Under the pieces are notes generated by a model that was given only the letters and a program-made list of their open reading frames with translations, ran no database searches and had not been told where the DNA came from. This document shows, in pieces, positions 26,189-35,414 of a DNA stretch of 36,016 nucleotides. This DNA is from Chiloscyllium plagiosum (taxonomy: Eukaryota). The stretch covers positions 23,606-59,621 of the forward strand of contig NW_025215269.1 of assembly GCF_004010195.1 (NCBI RefSeq), given 5' to 3'. How positions within the stretch are numbered: the first letter of the stretch is position 1; every line of letters begins with the position of its first letter. The position numbers were made by a program, and so were the translations under genes.

Positions 26189-26715
26189 TTGCTCGATGTC
26201 TTCTTGTGCAGCTTCCTTTTGTAATGGTGCTGTGCTCTGTTCTGTATCTGGCCTTTGCACCTACTTCCTGAGTGTCTGAATGCCCTGTATCATACCGATA
26301 CACTCGCGAACCTCACACAGTTCAAGTAACATGCCTTTTGGTGGTCTGAGTGGTCTTCTCCTGTTCTTCATCGGTTTCCTATTAACTGATTCGCAAAACC
26401 GTTTTCCTGAGATGCCAATCAGCTGATAAAGTTGAAATGCATGCCTTGCGGTTTCATCCATTCCCTGCAGTAATTTGCCACGCAGGGTCGGACGTGAATG
26501 ACAAGACGATCAGCATGTCAGAAACCGTATCACCACTCAGAGACAGTCCCTTACTATTAGGATAGATATCACCGATTGTGAATAACCTCAGAGGGAGAGA
26601 CAAATGACAGACAGTCACCGTGACTCGATGGGCTGAACTGCCTCTGTCAGCGGGAGAATGATGCTCCGTGTTTATGCCGTCCCACTGCCTGTCTCTGGGA
26701 CAGAGAGGCTGAGGG

Positions 26716-26853
26716 NNNNNNNNNNNNNNNNNNNNNNNNNNNNNNNNNNNNNNNNNNNNNNNNNNNNNNNNNNNNNNNNNNNNNNNNNNNNNNNNNNNNN
26801 NNNNNNNNNNNNNNNNNNNNNNNNNNNNNNNNNNNNNNNNNNNNNNNNNNNNN
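26716..26853. other. Assembly gap (N run)
   Basis: 138 consecutive n. Confidence 1.
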
Positions 26854-27451
26854 GCTGCACAACAATGTATTCATATGAATTTACCTGAGGGAAGAGTCCT
26901 CGGTGTCCATTTCTCTCTGATCCGCCAGCCCAGCATCTTTCTATCTCTCCGATAACAGACCTTTGGAGCAAGTTCACAATCAAAGTTGCTCACTTCCCAC
27001 GCTTAGTGAAACTGACACCTCTCACCCCAAGGGATTGACAGAGAGAGCAGAAGAGCGAATGGACTCTTCCCTCCCCCATCCCCCGCCCCCAGAACAGCTT
27101 GCAAGTAGGAACAAATTGGTTTACTTATCCGCCAGTGGAGAGAGTCCAGTTCCTGGGGATGAGACAAACATCAGCGCCCCGGGGACAGAATAACAAGCAG
27201 ATGTTCTGGACACTCTGCTGCAGCAATTCTTGGAGCAATGTGGAATGTATTTCACACTGAGCAAGTTTCAGCTGGCTCAGAGTCTCCAGTGTACATTACT
27301 CTCTGAGTTTATATTTGCACATCGGCAACATGTCTGCACAACAGCACATGACACTACAGCAGTGAAGATCTTTTGACGTCATTCTCGAACGTGCAAGTCA
27401 CACGCCAGATGAAAAGCTGAATACTTCTCTGGAAAAGCTACCGTGCAATGC

Positions 27452-27514
27452 AGGAGAATGGCACAGCGGGTGCATGCTGGGTTCATAACCCAGAAGCGAA
27501 ACCATTTTCTCCTA
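27452..27514 (+). pseudogene. Initiator tRNA-Met(CAU) pseudogene with a 9-nt deletion in the variable loop/T-arm
   Basis: AGGAGAATGGCACAGCGGGTGCATGCTGGGTTCATAACCCAGAAG-CGAAACCATTTTCTCCTA, 63 nt; CAT anticodon; acceptor stem AGGAGAA/TTCTCCT fully paired. Confidence 0.85.
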
Positions 27515-28319
27515 TTCACTCAATGTCGTTTTTAGCAGCTTTCCCGTACAACGCCGCTCTGTTCTTTTCCTTGCCTTGTCATCTGCTTCCCAAAACTTAG
27601 GGTATCTGAGGTAGATATGTCACATTGATACACAAGTCAAATTTACACAGTTGCTCTGGCACACTTGTGGAGCTCTGAGTTGTCTTGTCCAGTTTTCTGT
27701 CGGTGTGTTCTGATCTCAAGTGTTAAACCTCTTCTCTCAGATGGCAATGAACCGGTGAAGTTGTAACACATGACTTGCTGGTTTGGTCCATTCCTGCAGT
27801 AAAGAAACCAACGCCCGTATAAGAAAAGATTCTCTGTAGGATTGCTGTGTCAAGACAAATTCTGAACACCAAGCAGGCTGCACAAAAATGCACTCATACC
27901 AATTTACTTGAGGGAAGAGTCTCCGGTCTCCATTTCTCTCTGTCCCGACAGCACAGCATCTTTCTATCTCTCCATTAACAGGACCTTTGGAACAAGTTCA
28001 AAGTTGCCCATTTCCTACGCATGACTGTAACTGACTTCTCCTGCCTCACGGAATAGTGAGAGAGAGAGAGCAGAAGATTGAATGGGCTCTGCCTTCCACC
28101 AGCACAGCTTGGAAGTAGAAACGAAGTGGTTCAATTATCCACCAGTGGAGAGAGCCCGGTTCCTGGGGACGGGACAAACAGCAGCGTCCTAGGAGCAGGG
28201 AGACAGAAAGAGAAGCAGATGTTCTTGAAAGTCTTTGCTGCTTGTAACTCTGGGAGCAATGTACAATGTATTTCGTGCTGAGCAGCTCCTAGTTGTTTCA
28301 GGGCGCGCACATGGTTTTT

Positions 28320-28411
28320 GGTTCGTCGGTTTCGGGGTATGATGCTAGCTTTAGGTTTTCTAGCTTATACAGACGTGTGGGAGGTACCGGGTTCCAATCC
28401 CAGGCGAACCC
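28320..28411 (+). pseudogene. Second tRNA-Pro-derived gene with a 20-nt intron-like insertion at 37/38 (anticodon mutated to TAG)
   Basis: 5' half 28320-28355 GGTTCGTCGGTTTCGGGGTATGATGCTAGCTTTAGG, insert 28356-28375 TTTTCTAGCTTATACAGACG, 3' half 28376-28411 TGTGGGAGGTACCGGGTTCCAATCCCAGGCGAACCC; about 58/72 to tRNA-Pro by eye; same position in the cassette as 25265-25354. Confidence 0.85.
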
Positions 28412-28724
28412 CCATTTCTTAAATTGACCTGAGCAAAAATGCCGGGTCAGTTTTCTCAAAAAGCCGCTTCGTTAAATCAGATGGGACTGCCTGAATTAGG
28501 TATGGGACAGAGGTACCAGTGCAGACAAAACGGCACAGGGAATCACTTGCTCAAAGTGAAAACAAGTATTGCAGATTTTTCGCCCGCGCAATCCGAATCT
28601 GAATGAAACCTCCACCTGTATTACGCTCAATTCTGAGTGTGATACTTCAGGAAGCGGGGAAGTGAAGTGATTACAGAGAGCGCCGAACTGGTTGAAATGA
28701 ATGGTACCGTGCACGTGAAATGTC

Positions 28725-29145
28725 AGTCATGAAGGTAGATTGGAAAGTTGGGGCAGTTGTCCTTGGTGAACAGAAGACTGAAAGCTGGCCTGATTGAAGT
28801 TTTCCACTTCATGACGGTTTTAGACAGAGGAAATAACGCAGGGAAAATGCTCCCAGGCCTGAAAGGATCGAGAATGATTTGGCAAAGATTGAAAGTCATC
28901 AGGAAAATAAGTAAAAGTGACATTAGGAAGAACGTTTTCACACAGGAAGTGGGGTCAGTAAGTTCCTGTATGACAGTGATCAAGAGGTAGATTCAATGGA
29001 CACAAAAGGGAATTCGGTGGGCATGTTCAATGTAGCAAATCGCAGATTTACAGAGAGAAGGCGACAGAATGAGAGACTTGTTTACATATTGTGTTGAGCC
29101 AGCAGAGCTAAGGTGGGCTGCATGGCCTCAGTCTGCGTTGTCACA
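28725..29145 (+). mobile_element. Decayed CR1 LINE 3' fragment (cassette copy C)
   Basis: ORF 28748-28990 contains RRLKAGLIEVFHFM...IRKNVFTQEV, resembling the CR1 ORF2 C-terminus (RRLRGDLIEVFKIM...FFTQRVV). Confidence 0.8.
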
Positions 29146-29352
29146 CATTTTGTGATTCTGAGTGAAATCGGAGTTGGACCAACAGAACGTGGAAAATTTG
29201 ACAACGGGTATATTCTGCCCACAGGATACCTCCATCACAGCAATGAAGGTGTTTTGACATCATTCTCGAAGGTACATGACACAATGCAGATTCAAAACCG
29301 AGTATTCCTTTGAATCACGGAGTAATTTGTTTACAGTTAATCAGTTGAGGTG

Positions 29353-29409
29353 AGCGGAGTTGCGCATTGGGAGCCACTCCAGTTCAGAGATCGAAGCCGT
29401 TTTCTCCTG
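29353..29409 (+). pseudogene. Heavily degraded tRNA-iMet remnant (cassette copy C)
   Basis: AGCGGAGTTGCGCATTGGGAGC...CAGAGATCGAAGCCGTTTTCTCCTG resembles the iMet 5' and 3' ends; anticodon arm lost; same cassette position as the other two iMet copies. Confidence 0.65.
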
Positions 29410-30249
29410 TGTGATAGTCCCACCAGCACTTGAATTTGCTGTGCTTCCAGTCAGTAGATGCAGATTACTATCCCATACTGATACACAGGCCACGATGACC
29501 CAGCTGTCGTGACAAGCTTGTGACGGGCTGAGTGCTCTTCTCCTGTTCTCTGTCTGGCTGCTATGATCACAATCATCAAACCTCTCTTCTCCGAGATAGG
29601 AATAAACTGGTGAAGGTGAAACACATCAGTTGCGGTGTGTCCCATGCGCAGGAGGCCCTGCAGTAATTCCCCACGCTGTTTCACACAGCAGCATCGTCTC
29701 GGTGAATTACGCTTGGCAAAAAAATCGATTGAATCAAATCAGTGTCCGCCACTGGATTTTACTGACACCGTTTATAAAATTCAGGCTCACCGTTAATGTG
29801 GAGAGAGGACGCCAGACTGTAGTTTCCGCTCCTTCTGTTGAATAAAGATAATTTTAACTGTGACCAGTGAGAGGAAAGGATTTGCTGTTGGTGGGAAACA
29901 TTTCTATCTGAACTCGCATTCACTCTCCTGATAGATTGAAACATAAAGCTGGGAGTTTCTGGATTATGTTGTACACATATCGATATTATGTCATTCACAT
30001 CGCGCTGTCAGCAACTGAACGAAGCGGCTGCCCAGAGGGAGACGGCTGTGTTTAAATCCCGTGAACTGGGGGAGCTGAGCATTTGCCCAAACAATGGGCA
30101 CACCACCCCCCTGACCCAGTGTTCACAAATCAAACTGACAGCAAAGCTTCACATGTGATCGAAAGTTTCCGTAAAGAAGATTTGGCTCAACAGATATCCG
30201 GAGTGAACGTACTCCTTTCTTGATTTGAAATGTAAGAAATTGACTGGAG

Positions 30250-30321
30250 TGAGCGTGACGTGATTTGAACACGCAACTTTCTGATCTGGAGTTAGACGCG
30301 CTACTGTTGCGCCACAAGCAC
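30250..30321 (-). tRNA. tRNA-Trp(CCA), full length but probably a pseudogene
   Basis: Minus strand GTGCTTGTGGCGCAACAGTAGCGCGTCTAACTCCAGATCAGAAAGTTGCGTGTTCAAATCACGTCACGCTCA, 72 nt, about 63/72 to vertebrate tRNA-Trp by eye. CCA anticodon and T-arm are intact; D-loop GG is changed to AG, with one anticodon-stem and two acceptor-stem mismatches. Confidence 0.9.
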
Positions 30322-30528
30322 ACAGACGGCCTGTTGCCTCTATTCATGCTTAAGGGAAGTGGTCGCACTGCAATGATTTTACGTTATGAATAATAACAGA
30401 GATCAACAGTTCATGTCTGTTCTGTCTCTCCCCGGTCTCCTTCTGTCTCTCGAAATAATTTCCAACTCTACCTCAATAAAAAGCTGAACGAACTGCGGAT
30501 GCTGTATATCAGAAACAAACAAAGCATT

Positions 30529-30834
30529 GGGGGCGGCACGGTGGCACGGTGGTAAGCACTGCTGCCTCACAGCGCCGGAGACCCTGGTTCAATTCCCGCC
30601 TCAGGCGATTGACTGTGTGGAGTTTGCACATTCTCCCAGTGTCTGCGTGGGTCTCCTCCGGGGGCTCCGGTTTCCTTCCACAGTCCAAAGATGTGCCGGT
30701 CAGGTGAATTGGCCATGCTAAATTGCCTGTAGTGTTAGGTAAGGGGTAAATGTAGGGGTATGGGTGGGTTGCGCTTCGGCGGGTCGGTGTGGACTTGTTG
30801 GGCCGAAGGGCCTGTTTCCACACTGTAATCTAAT
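30529..30834 (+). mobile_element. Full-length HE1-type tRNA-derived V-SINE (sharks/rays)
   Basis: tRNA-like head ggcacggtggcacggtggtaagcactgctgcctcacagcgcc with B-box ggttcaattcc; V-domain tgtgtggagtttgcacattctcc...gtgtctgcgtggg...ctccggtttcc; CR1-like tail gggccgaagggcctgtttcc and taatc tail repeat. Confidence 0.92.
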
Positions 30835-31004
30835 ATCGTAGTTGCCGGTGACCCTTCTACAGAACTGATGGTGATTGGGGAAACGTTGGTTTATATGCAG
30901 GAGATATTGTGGGAGGAAGGCGGATGCAGTTAATGATAGATCAGGACAGACCCCAAGCAGACAAGGCTTGGTGTGTGTGGAAGGGGCGAGGATACTGTGG
31001 ATTT

Positions 31005-31160
31005 CCGGCCCTAGAATTATTGAATTCGATATTGGGACCAGAGGGATATAAGGTCCCCAAGTGAAATATTCGGTGCTCTTCGTTCTGCTGGTGCTGAGCT
31101 TCGCTGAAACACTACAGCAAACCTGAGACAGAGATGTTGGCCAGGGAACAGGGTGGGGTG
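31005..31160 (-). mobile_element. Penelope-like element fragment (C-terminus of the GIY-YIG endonuclease region)
   Basis: Minus strand translates PCSLANISVSGLL*CFSEAQHQQNEEHRIFHLGTLYPSGPNIEFNNSR, resembling the PLE C-terminal E..(W/L)I..L.TL.P.GLN motif; contains a stop codon. Confidence 0.7.
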
Positions 31161-32408
31161 CATCAGTGTTTACTGTGGAGAAGAGCATGGAAGATCTAGA
31201 ATGTGAGAAAATAGATGGTGACATGTTGAAAAAATGTCCATGTTACAGATGAGAAATTGCTGGATATCTTGAAATGCATAAAAGTGGATAAATCCCAAGG
31301 ACCTGATCAGGAGTACCCGTGAAGTCTCTGGGAAACTGGGAAAGTGATTGCCGGGCCTCTCACTGAGATATTTGCACCATCAATATTCACAGGTGAAGTG
31401 CTGGAAGAATAGAGGGTGGCTAACGTGGTGCCACTATTTAAGGAAGGTGGTAAGGAAAAGCCAGGGAACTATAGACCAGTGAGCCAGACATCCGTGATGG
31501 GCAAGTTTTTGGAGAGAATCCTGAGAGACAGGATTTGCATGTACTTGGAAAGGCAAGAATTGGTTAGGGATAGTCAGCATGGCTTTATGCTTGTGAAATC
31601 ATGTCTCACGAACATGATTGAGTTTTTTGAAGAAGTACAAAGTGGATTGATGAGGGCAGAGCGATGGACGTGATCTAAATGGACTTCCGGAAGGCGTTCG
31701 TCAACGTTCCTCATTGGAGACTGGTGAGCAAGGTTTAATCTCATGGTATGCAGGGACAACCAACCATTTGGATACAGAACTGGCGCGAAGGCAGAAGACA
31801 GAGGGTGGTGATGGAGGGTTGCTTTTCAGACTGAAGGCCTGTGACCAATGGTGTGTCACAAGGATAGATGCTGGGTCCGCTACTTTTTGTCATTTAGATA
31901 AATAATTTGTATGGAGGAGGAGGTATAGTTAGTACGTTTGTAGATGACACCAAAATTGGCATAGTGGATAGCAAAGAAGGTTACCTCAGATTACAACAGA
32001 ACCTTGATCAGATGGGCCAATGGGGTGAGAAGTGGCAGATGGACGTTGATGTAGATAAATATGAGGTGCTGCATTTTGGAAAAATAAATCAGAGCAGGAC
32101 TTTTACACTTAATGGTAAGTTCCTTGGACGTGTTGCTGAACAAAGAGACCTTGGAGTTCAGGTTGATAGTTCCTTAAAAGTAGAGATGCAGGCAGATTGG
32201 ATAGTAAAGAAGGCGTTTGGTGTGCTTTCGGCTGCTGGAGTAAGTGATGGAGGGTGTATAATTACAGCATTTAAAATGCATCGGGTTGTGTATATGGATA
32301 GGAATGTTTTATGGGGATTTGGGTCAAGTGTTGGCAAATGGGACAAGAAAAGGTTAGGATATCTGGGCTGCATGGACGAGTTGGATCGAAGGGTCTGTTT
32401 CCGTGCTC
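31160..32408 (+). mobile_element. Degenerate CR1-clade (HER1-like) LINE ORF2 reverse transcriptase region plus 3' tail
   Basis: Motifs across frames: KSQGPD, ANVVPLFK..GKEKPGNYRPVS, SQHGF..KSCLTN, DFRKAF, FVDDTK, EQRDLGV, KKAFG. Frameshifts and stops are present, with an internal deletion near 32235; tail ggacgagttggatcgaagggtctgtttccgtgct. Confidence 0.93.
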
Positions 32409-32445
32409 TACACCTGCATCACTCTGGAAGACTCCATGGGATTCT

Positions 32446-32577
32446 CTAGGAGAAAGTGAGAACTGCAGATGCTGGAGATCAGAGCTGAAAATGTGTTGCT
32501 GCAAAAGCGCAGCAGGTCGGGCAGCATCCAAGGAGCAGGGGAATCGATGTATCGGGCATGACCACTTCTTCAGGAAT
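32446..32577 (-). mobile_element. Short Penelope-derived dispersed repeat with a decayed hammerhead-like core
   Basis: Plus strand ctgcagatgctggaga...gcagcaggtcgggcagcatcc...cttcttcaggaat; minus strand begins ATTCCTGAAGAAGTGGTCATGCCCGATACATCG. Confidence 0.65.
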
Positions 32578-33019
32578 TTTTAACTATAAACTATAAACAT
32601 TCCCTTAGTTGAATACTGTGAAGTGTGAAACTATTGTTTTAGTCCCCAGGGTCGACCTGAGCCCACCTCCCAACCCAGTAACTCTGTTGACAGCCTTCAT
32701 GTCATATTTAAAACTCGGATCGATAGATTCGTGATCAGTCAGGGGATGAACAGTTACAGGAAAAGGGCAGGAATGTGCATGTGGGGAATGTCAGATCAGC
32801 CACAATCCTATTGAATGGAGAAGCAGGCTCAAGGGGTTGAATGGCATTTTCCAATTTCTATTTCTTATGGTTCCCGAGCCCTTGCCTCTGAAACATGGTC
32901 CTGGCTTCAGTATGTGTCATGACTGAGAGTGGTGATGTTCCCTTGCGTAATATCAACAACTTAGCAGCTTCTGAAACCTGCTGACCCTTTGTTACATTTG
33001 AACACAATAAGCCACTGTG

Positions 33020-33275
33020 TTCAGGGGAGGCGATGGACGACTTTATTATCACCAGACTATTCACCCAGGTAATGTTCTGGGGACCTGGGTTCAAACCCTG
33101 CCACGGAAGATGGTGGTATCTGATTTCAATATAAATCTGGAATTAAGAGTCTAATGATGAAATCGTTGCAGTTTGTTGTAAAAACGTATATGACTTCCTG
33201 CTGTCCGGACCTGATCTGATCTACATGTGATTTCAGATCCACTGTCAGCTGTTTGAATCTTCACTGCCCTTTCAG
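33020..33275 (+). mobile_element. tRNA-derived SINE remnant (copy 1)
   Basis: B-box-like ggggacctgggttcaaaccctgcc followed by gatggtgg...aaatctggaattaagagtctaatgatga...ctacatgtga...cttcactgccct; related sequence on the minus strand at 35310-35900. Confidence 0.65.
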
Positions 33276-33724
33276 TCAATTCTTAAAACTCAACTTTTTT
33301 AACTATTCTGTTGCCAGAATGATTTATAGGCGACATAGGCTGGGACTTTTTTTCACTGGAGTATGGAAGGTTGAGGGTGGAGGTTATGGAGTTTTATGAA
33401 GTCATGAGGGACAAAAACTAGGATCGATAGATTCGTGATCAGTCAGGGGATGAACAGTTACAGGAAAAGGGCAGGAATGTGCATGTGGGGAATGTCAGAT
33501 CAGCCACAATCCTATTGAATGGAGAAGCAGGCTCAAGGGGTTGAATGGCATTTTCCAATTCCTATTTCTTATGGTTCCCGAGCCCTTGCCTCTGAAACAG
33601 GGTCCTGGCTTCAGTATGTGCCATTACTGAGAGTGCTGATGTTCCCTTGTGTAATATCAACAACTCAGCAGCTTCTGAAACCTGTTGACCCTTTGTTACA
33701 TCAAAACACAATAAGCCACTGTGT

Positions 33725-33975
33725 TCAGGGGAGGCGATGGCCGACTTTATTATCACCAGACTATTCACCCAGGTAATGTTCTGGGGACCTGGGTTCAAAA
33801 CCTGCCACGGCAGATGGTGGTATCTGATTTCAGTATAAATCTGGAATTAAGAGTCTAATGATGAAATCCTTGTAGTTTTTTGTAAAAACGTATATGGCTT
33901 CCTGCTGTCTGAACCTGATCTGATCTACATGTGATTTCAGATCCACTGTCAGCTGTTTGAATCTTCACTGCCCTT
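33725..33975 (+). mobile_element. tRNA-derived SINE remnant (copy 2)
   Basis: Duplicate of 33020-33275 within the 704-bp duplication. Confidence 0.65.
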
Positions 33976-34039
33976 TCAGTCAATTCTAAAAGCTCACCTT
34001 TTTTAACTATTATGTTGCCAGAATGATTTATAGACTGCA

Positions 34040-34360
34040 TAGGCTGGGACTTTTTTTCACTGGAGTCTGGAAGGTTGAGGGTGGCGGTTATGGAGGTTTA
34101 TGAAGTCATGAGGGACAAGTATAAGTTGAATAACCAGTGTCTTTTTGCCGAAGGGTAGGGGAGTTCAAAATTTGGGAGTTTATTTTTAAGATGAGTGGGA
34201 GAAGATTTAAAAAGGACTGGGGGGCAACGTTTTTTACATTGAAGGTGGTTCGTGTGTGGAATGAACTGTCAGAGGAAGTGGTGGATGCAGGTAATGTTAC
34301 AATGTTTAAAGTTGTTTGGATAAGTACACGAGTAAGAAAGGTTGGAAGGCAAATGAGCCA
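34040..34360 (+). mobile_element. CR1 LINE 3' fragment
   Basis: aggctgggacttttttt cactggag...aggttgagggtgg...gaggtttatgaagtcatgaggg; ORF 34137 contains RRFKKDWGATFFTLKVVRVWNELSEEVVDAG, typical of the CR1 ORF2 end. Confidence 0.85.
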
Positions 34361-34469
34361 AACACAGGCAGGTGGGTTGAATCTCCCCCAGATATTCAAA
34401 GGGAGAGCCCGTCAGAGGCGGGTAGGGCCACGCCTATCGTTGTTGTGTGGCATGTGTGACAGCTGCTAC

Positions 34470-35260
34470 AAGACGTCCCAACTCCTGTGCTCAATGCTCT
34501 GACCAATGAAAGCAAGCATGCCAAAACCCTTCTTCACCACCCGTCTACCCACGACTCCATTTTCTAGGAGCTAATAACCCGCAACCCTAGATCTCTTGGT
34601 TCAAAATACTGCATATGAAACAGATTTGGTGCTTGTTGGTAGACGTTCATATTTGGTGCATATCTCTCCTCTAATTAGGTATCTTATATTGAATGCCATC
34701 ACTGATGAAATTCAGTGTGCCAAAACCTGAACTTCAAAATCCCTCTGTTCAACTACACTCAATGTCCTACCATTCACCATGTAAATCCAACCTTGATTTG
34801 ATGATACAAAATGTAAGACCTCATACTTAGCTATATTAAACGCCATTTGCCAATAACTTTAAACTTATGCAATCTAGTTCTGGACTCTCCCACCCCAGGT
34901 AAAAGACCTTTCCTATTTACCCTATCCATGCCCTCATGATTTTATAAACATCTATAAAGTCACCCCTCAGCCTTCAAAACTTCCGGGAAAATGACCCAAG
35001 TAGATTCAGCCTCTTTCAGGAGCTCAATCTCTCCAACCCTGGCAACATCCTTCTAAATGTTTTCTGAACCGTTTCAAGTTTCACAACCTCCATCCTGTAG
35101 CAGAGAGTCCAGAATTGCATGCAGTATTCCAACAGTGATGTAATCAATGTCCTCTCTGAAGAGGATTTTAAAAAATATAACTACAAGCAAATCGGGTTAG
35201 TTGGGCATGACTTTCCCACAACAGTTTGCTTTGGTTGTCCCTCATTAATCTATGTTTTTT
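34470..35260 (-). mobile_element. Several rearranged minus-strand CR1 LINE fragments
   Basis: atgctctgaccaatgaaagcaagcatgccaaaacccttcttcaccacc reads as VVKKGFGMLAFIGQSI on the minus strand; cctatccatgccctcatgattttataaacatctataaagtcacccctcagcc reads as RLRGDFIDVYKIMRAW. Confidence 0.8.
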
Positions 35261-35414
35261 TCAGTTATGAGAAAACATTTTGTGGGATGTGATGATTCCG
35301 AGCACATCCAACATTTGCTCATTGTCCCTCATGACCCTTGAACAGAGTATTTGTGACTACATGCTAGAAGGCAGTTGAGAGTCAAACACATTATAGTCGG
35401 TCTGGAGTCACAAG

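Larger units (their letters stand above)
24955..29680 (+). repeat. Diverged tandem low-copy repeat (tRNA-Pro / CR1 3' end / tRNA-iMet cassette): copy A ~25090-26500, copy B ~26854-27876 (internally deleted), copy C ~27877-29680, plus a partial copy at 24955-25060
   Basis: Shared blocks: gctgcacaa...gagggaagagtc at 26854 and 27877; gcaatgt..aatgtatttc...ctgagca at ~25184, ~27235, ~28256; ctgagt(g/t)g(t)cttct at ~24984, ~26346, ~27675, ~29528; ctgcagtaa at ~26465, ~27795, ~29658. Confidence 0.85.
32710..34118 (+). repeat. 704-bp tandem duplication (32710-33413 and 33414-34118) of a CR1-tail / SINE / CR1 composite
   Basis: ggatcgatagattcgtgatcagtcagggg at 32717 and 33421; gaagtcatgagggacaa ending at 33414 and 34118; near-identical throughout, including twin ORFs 32858-33094 and 33562-33798. 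Confidence 0.95.

Noticed and set aside
30040..30070. gtgtttaaatcccg as another tRNA T-arm
   Set aside because: No matching D-arm, anticodon arm or acceptor stem could be built.
25034..30368. Short ORFs in the cassette region as host exons
   Set aside because: No recognisable domains, frames are not conserved between cassette copies, and several overlap tRNA or antisense CR1 remnants.
31416..32449. Active reverse transcriptase gene
   Set aside because: Fragmented by frameshifts, stops and an internal deletion, with no endonuclease domain or ORF1; a dead CR1 copy.
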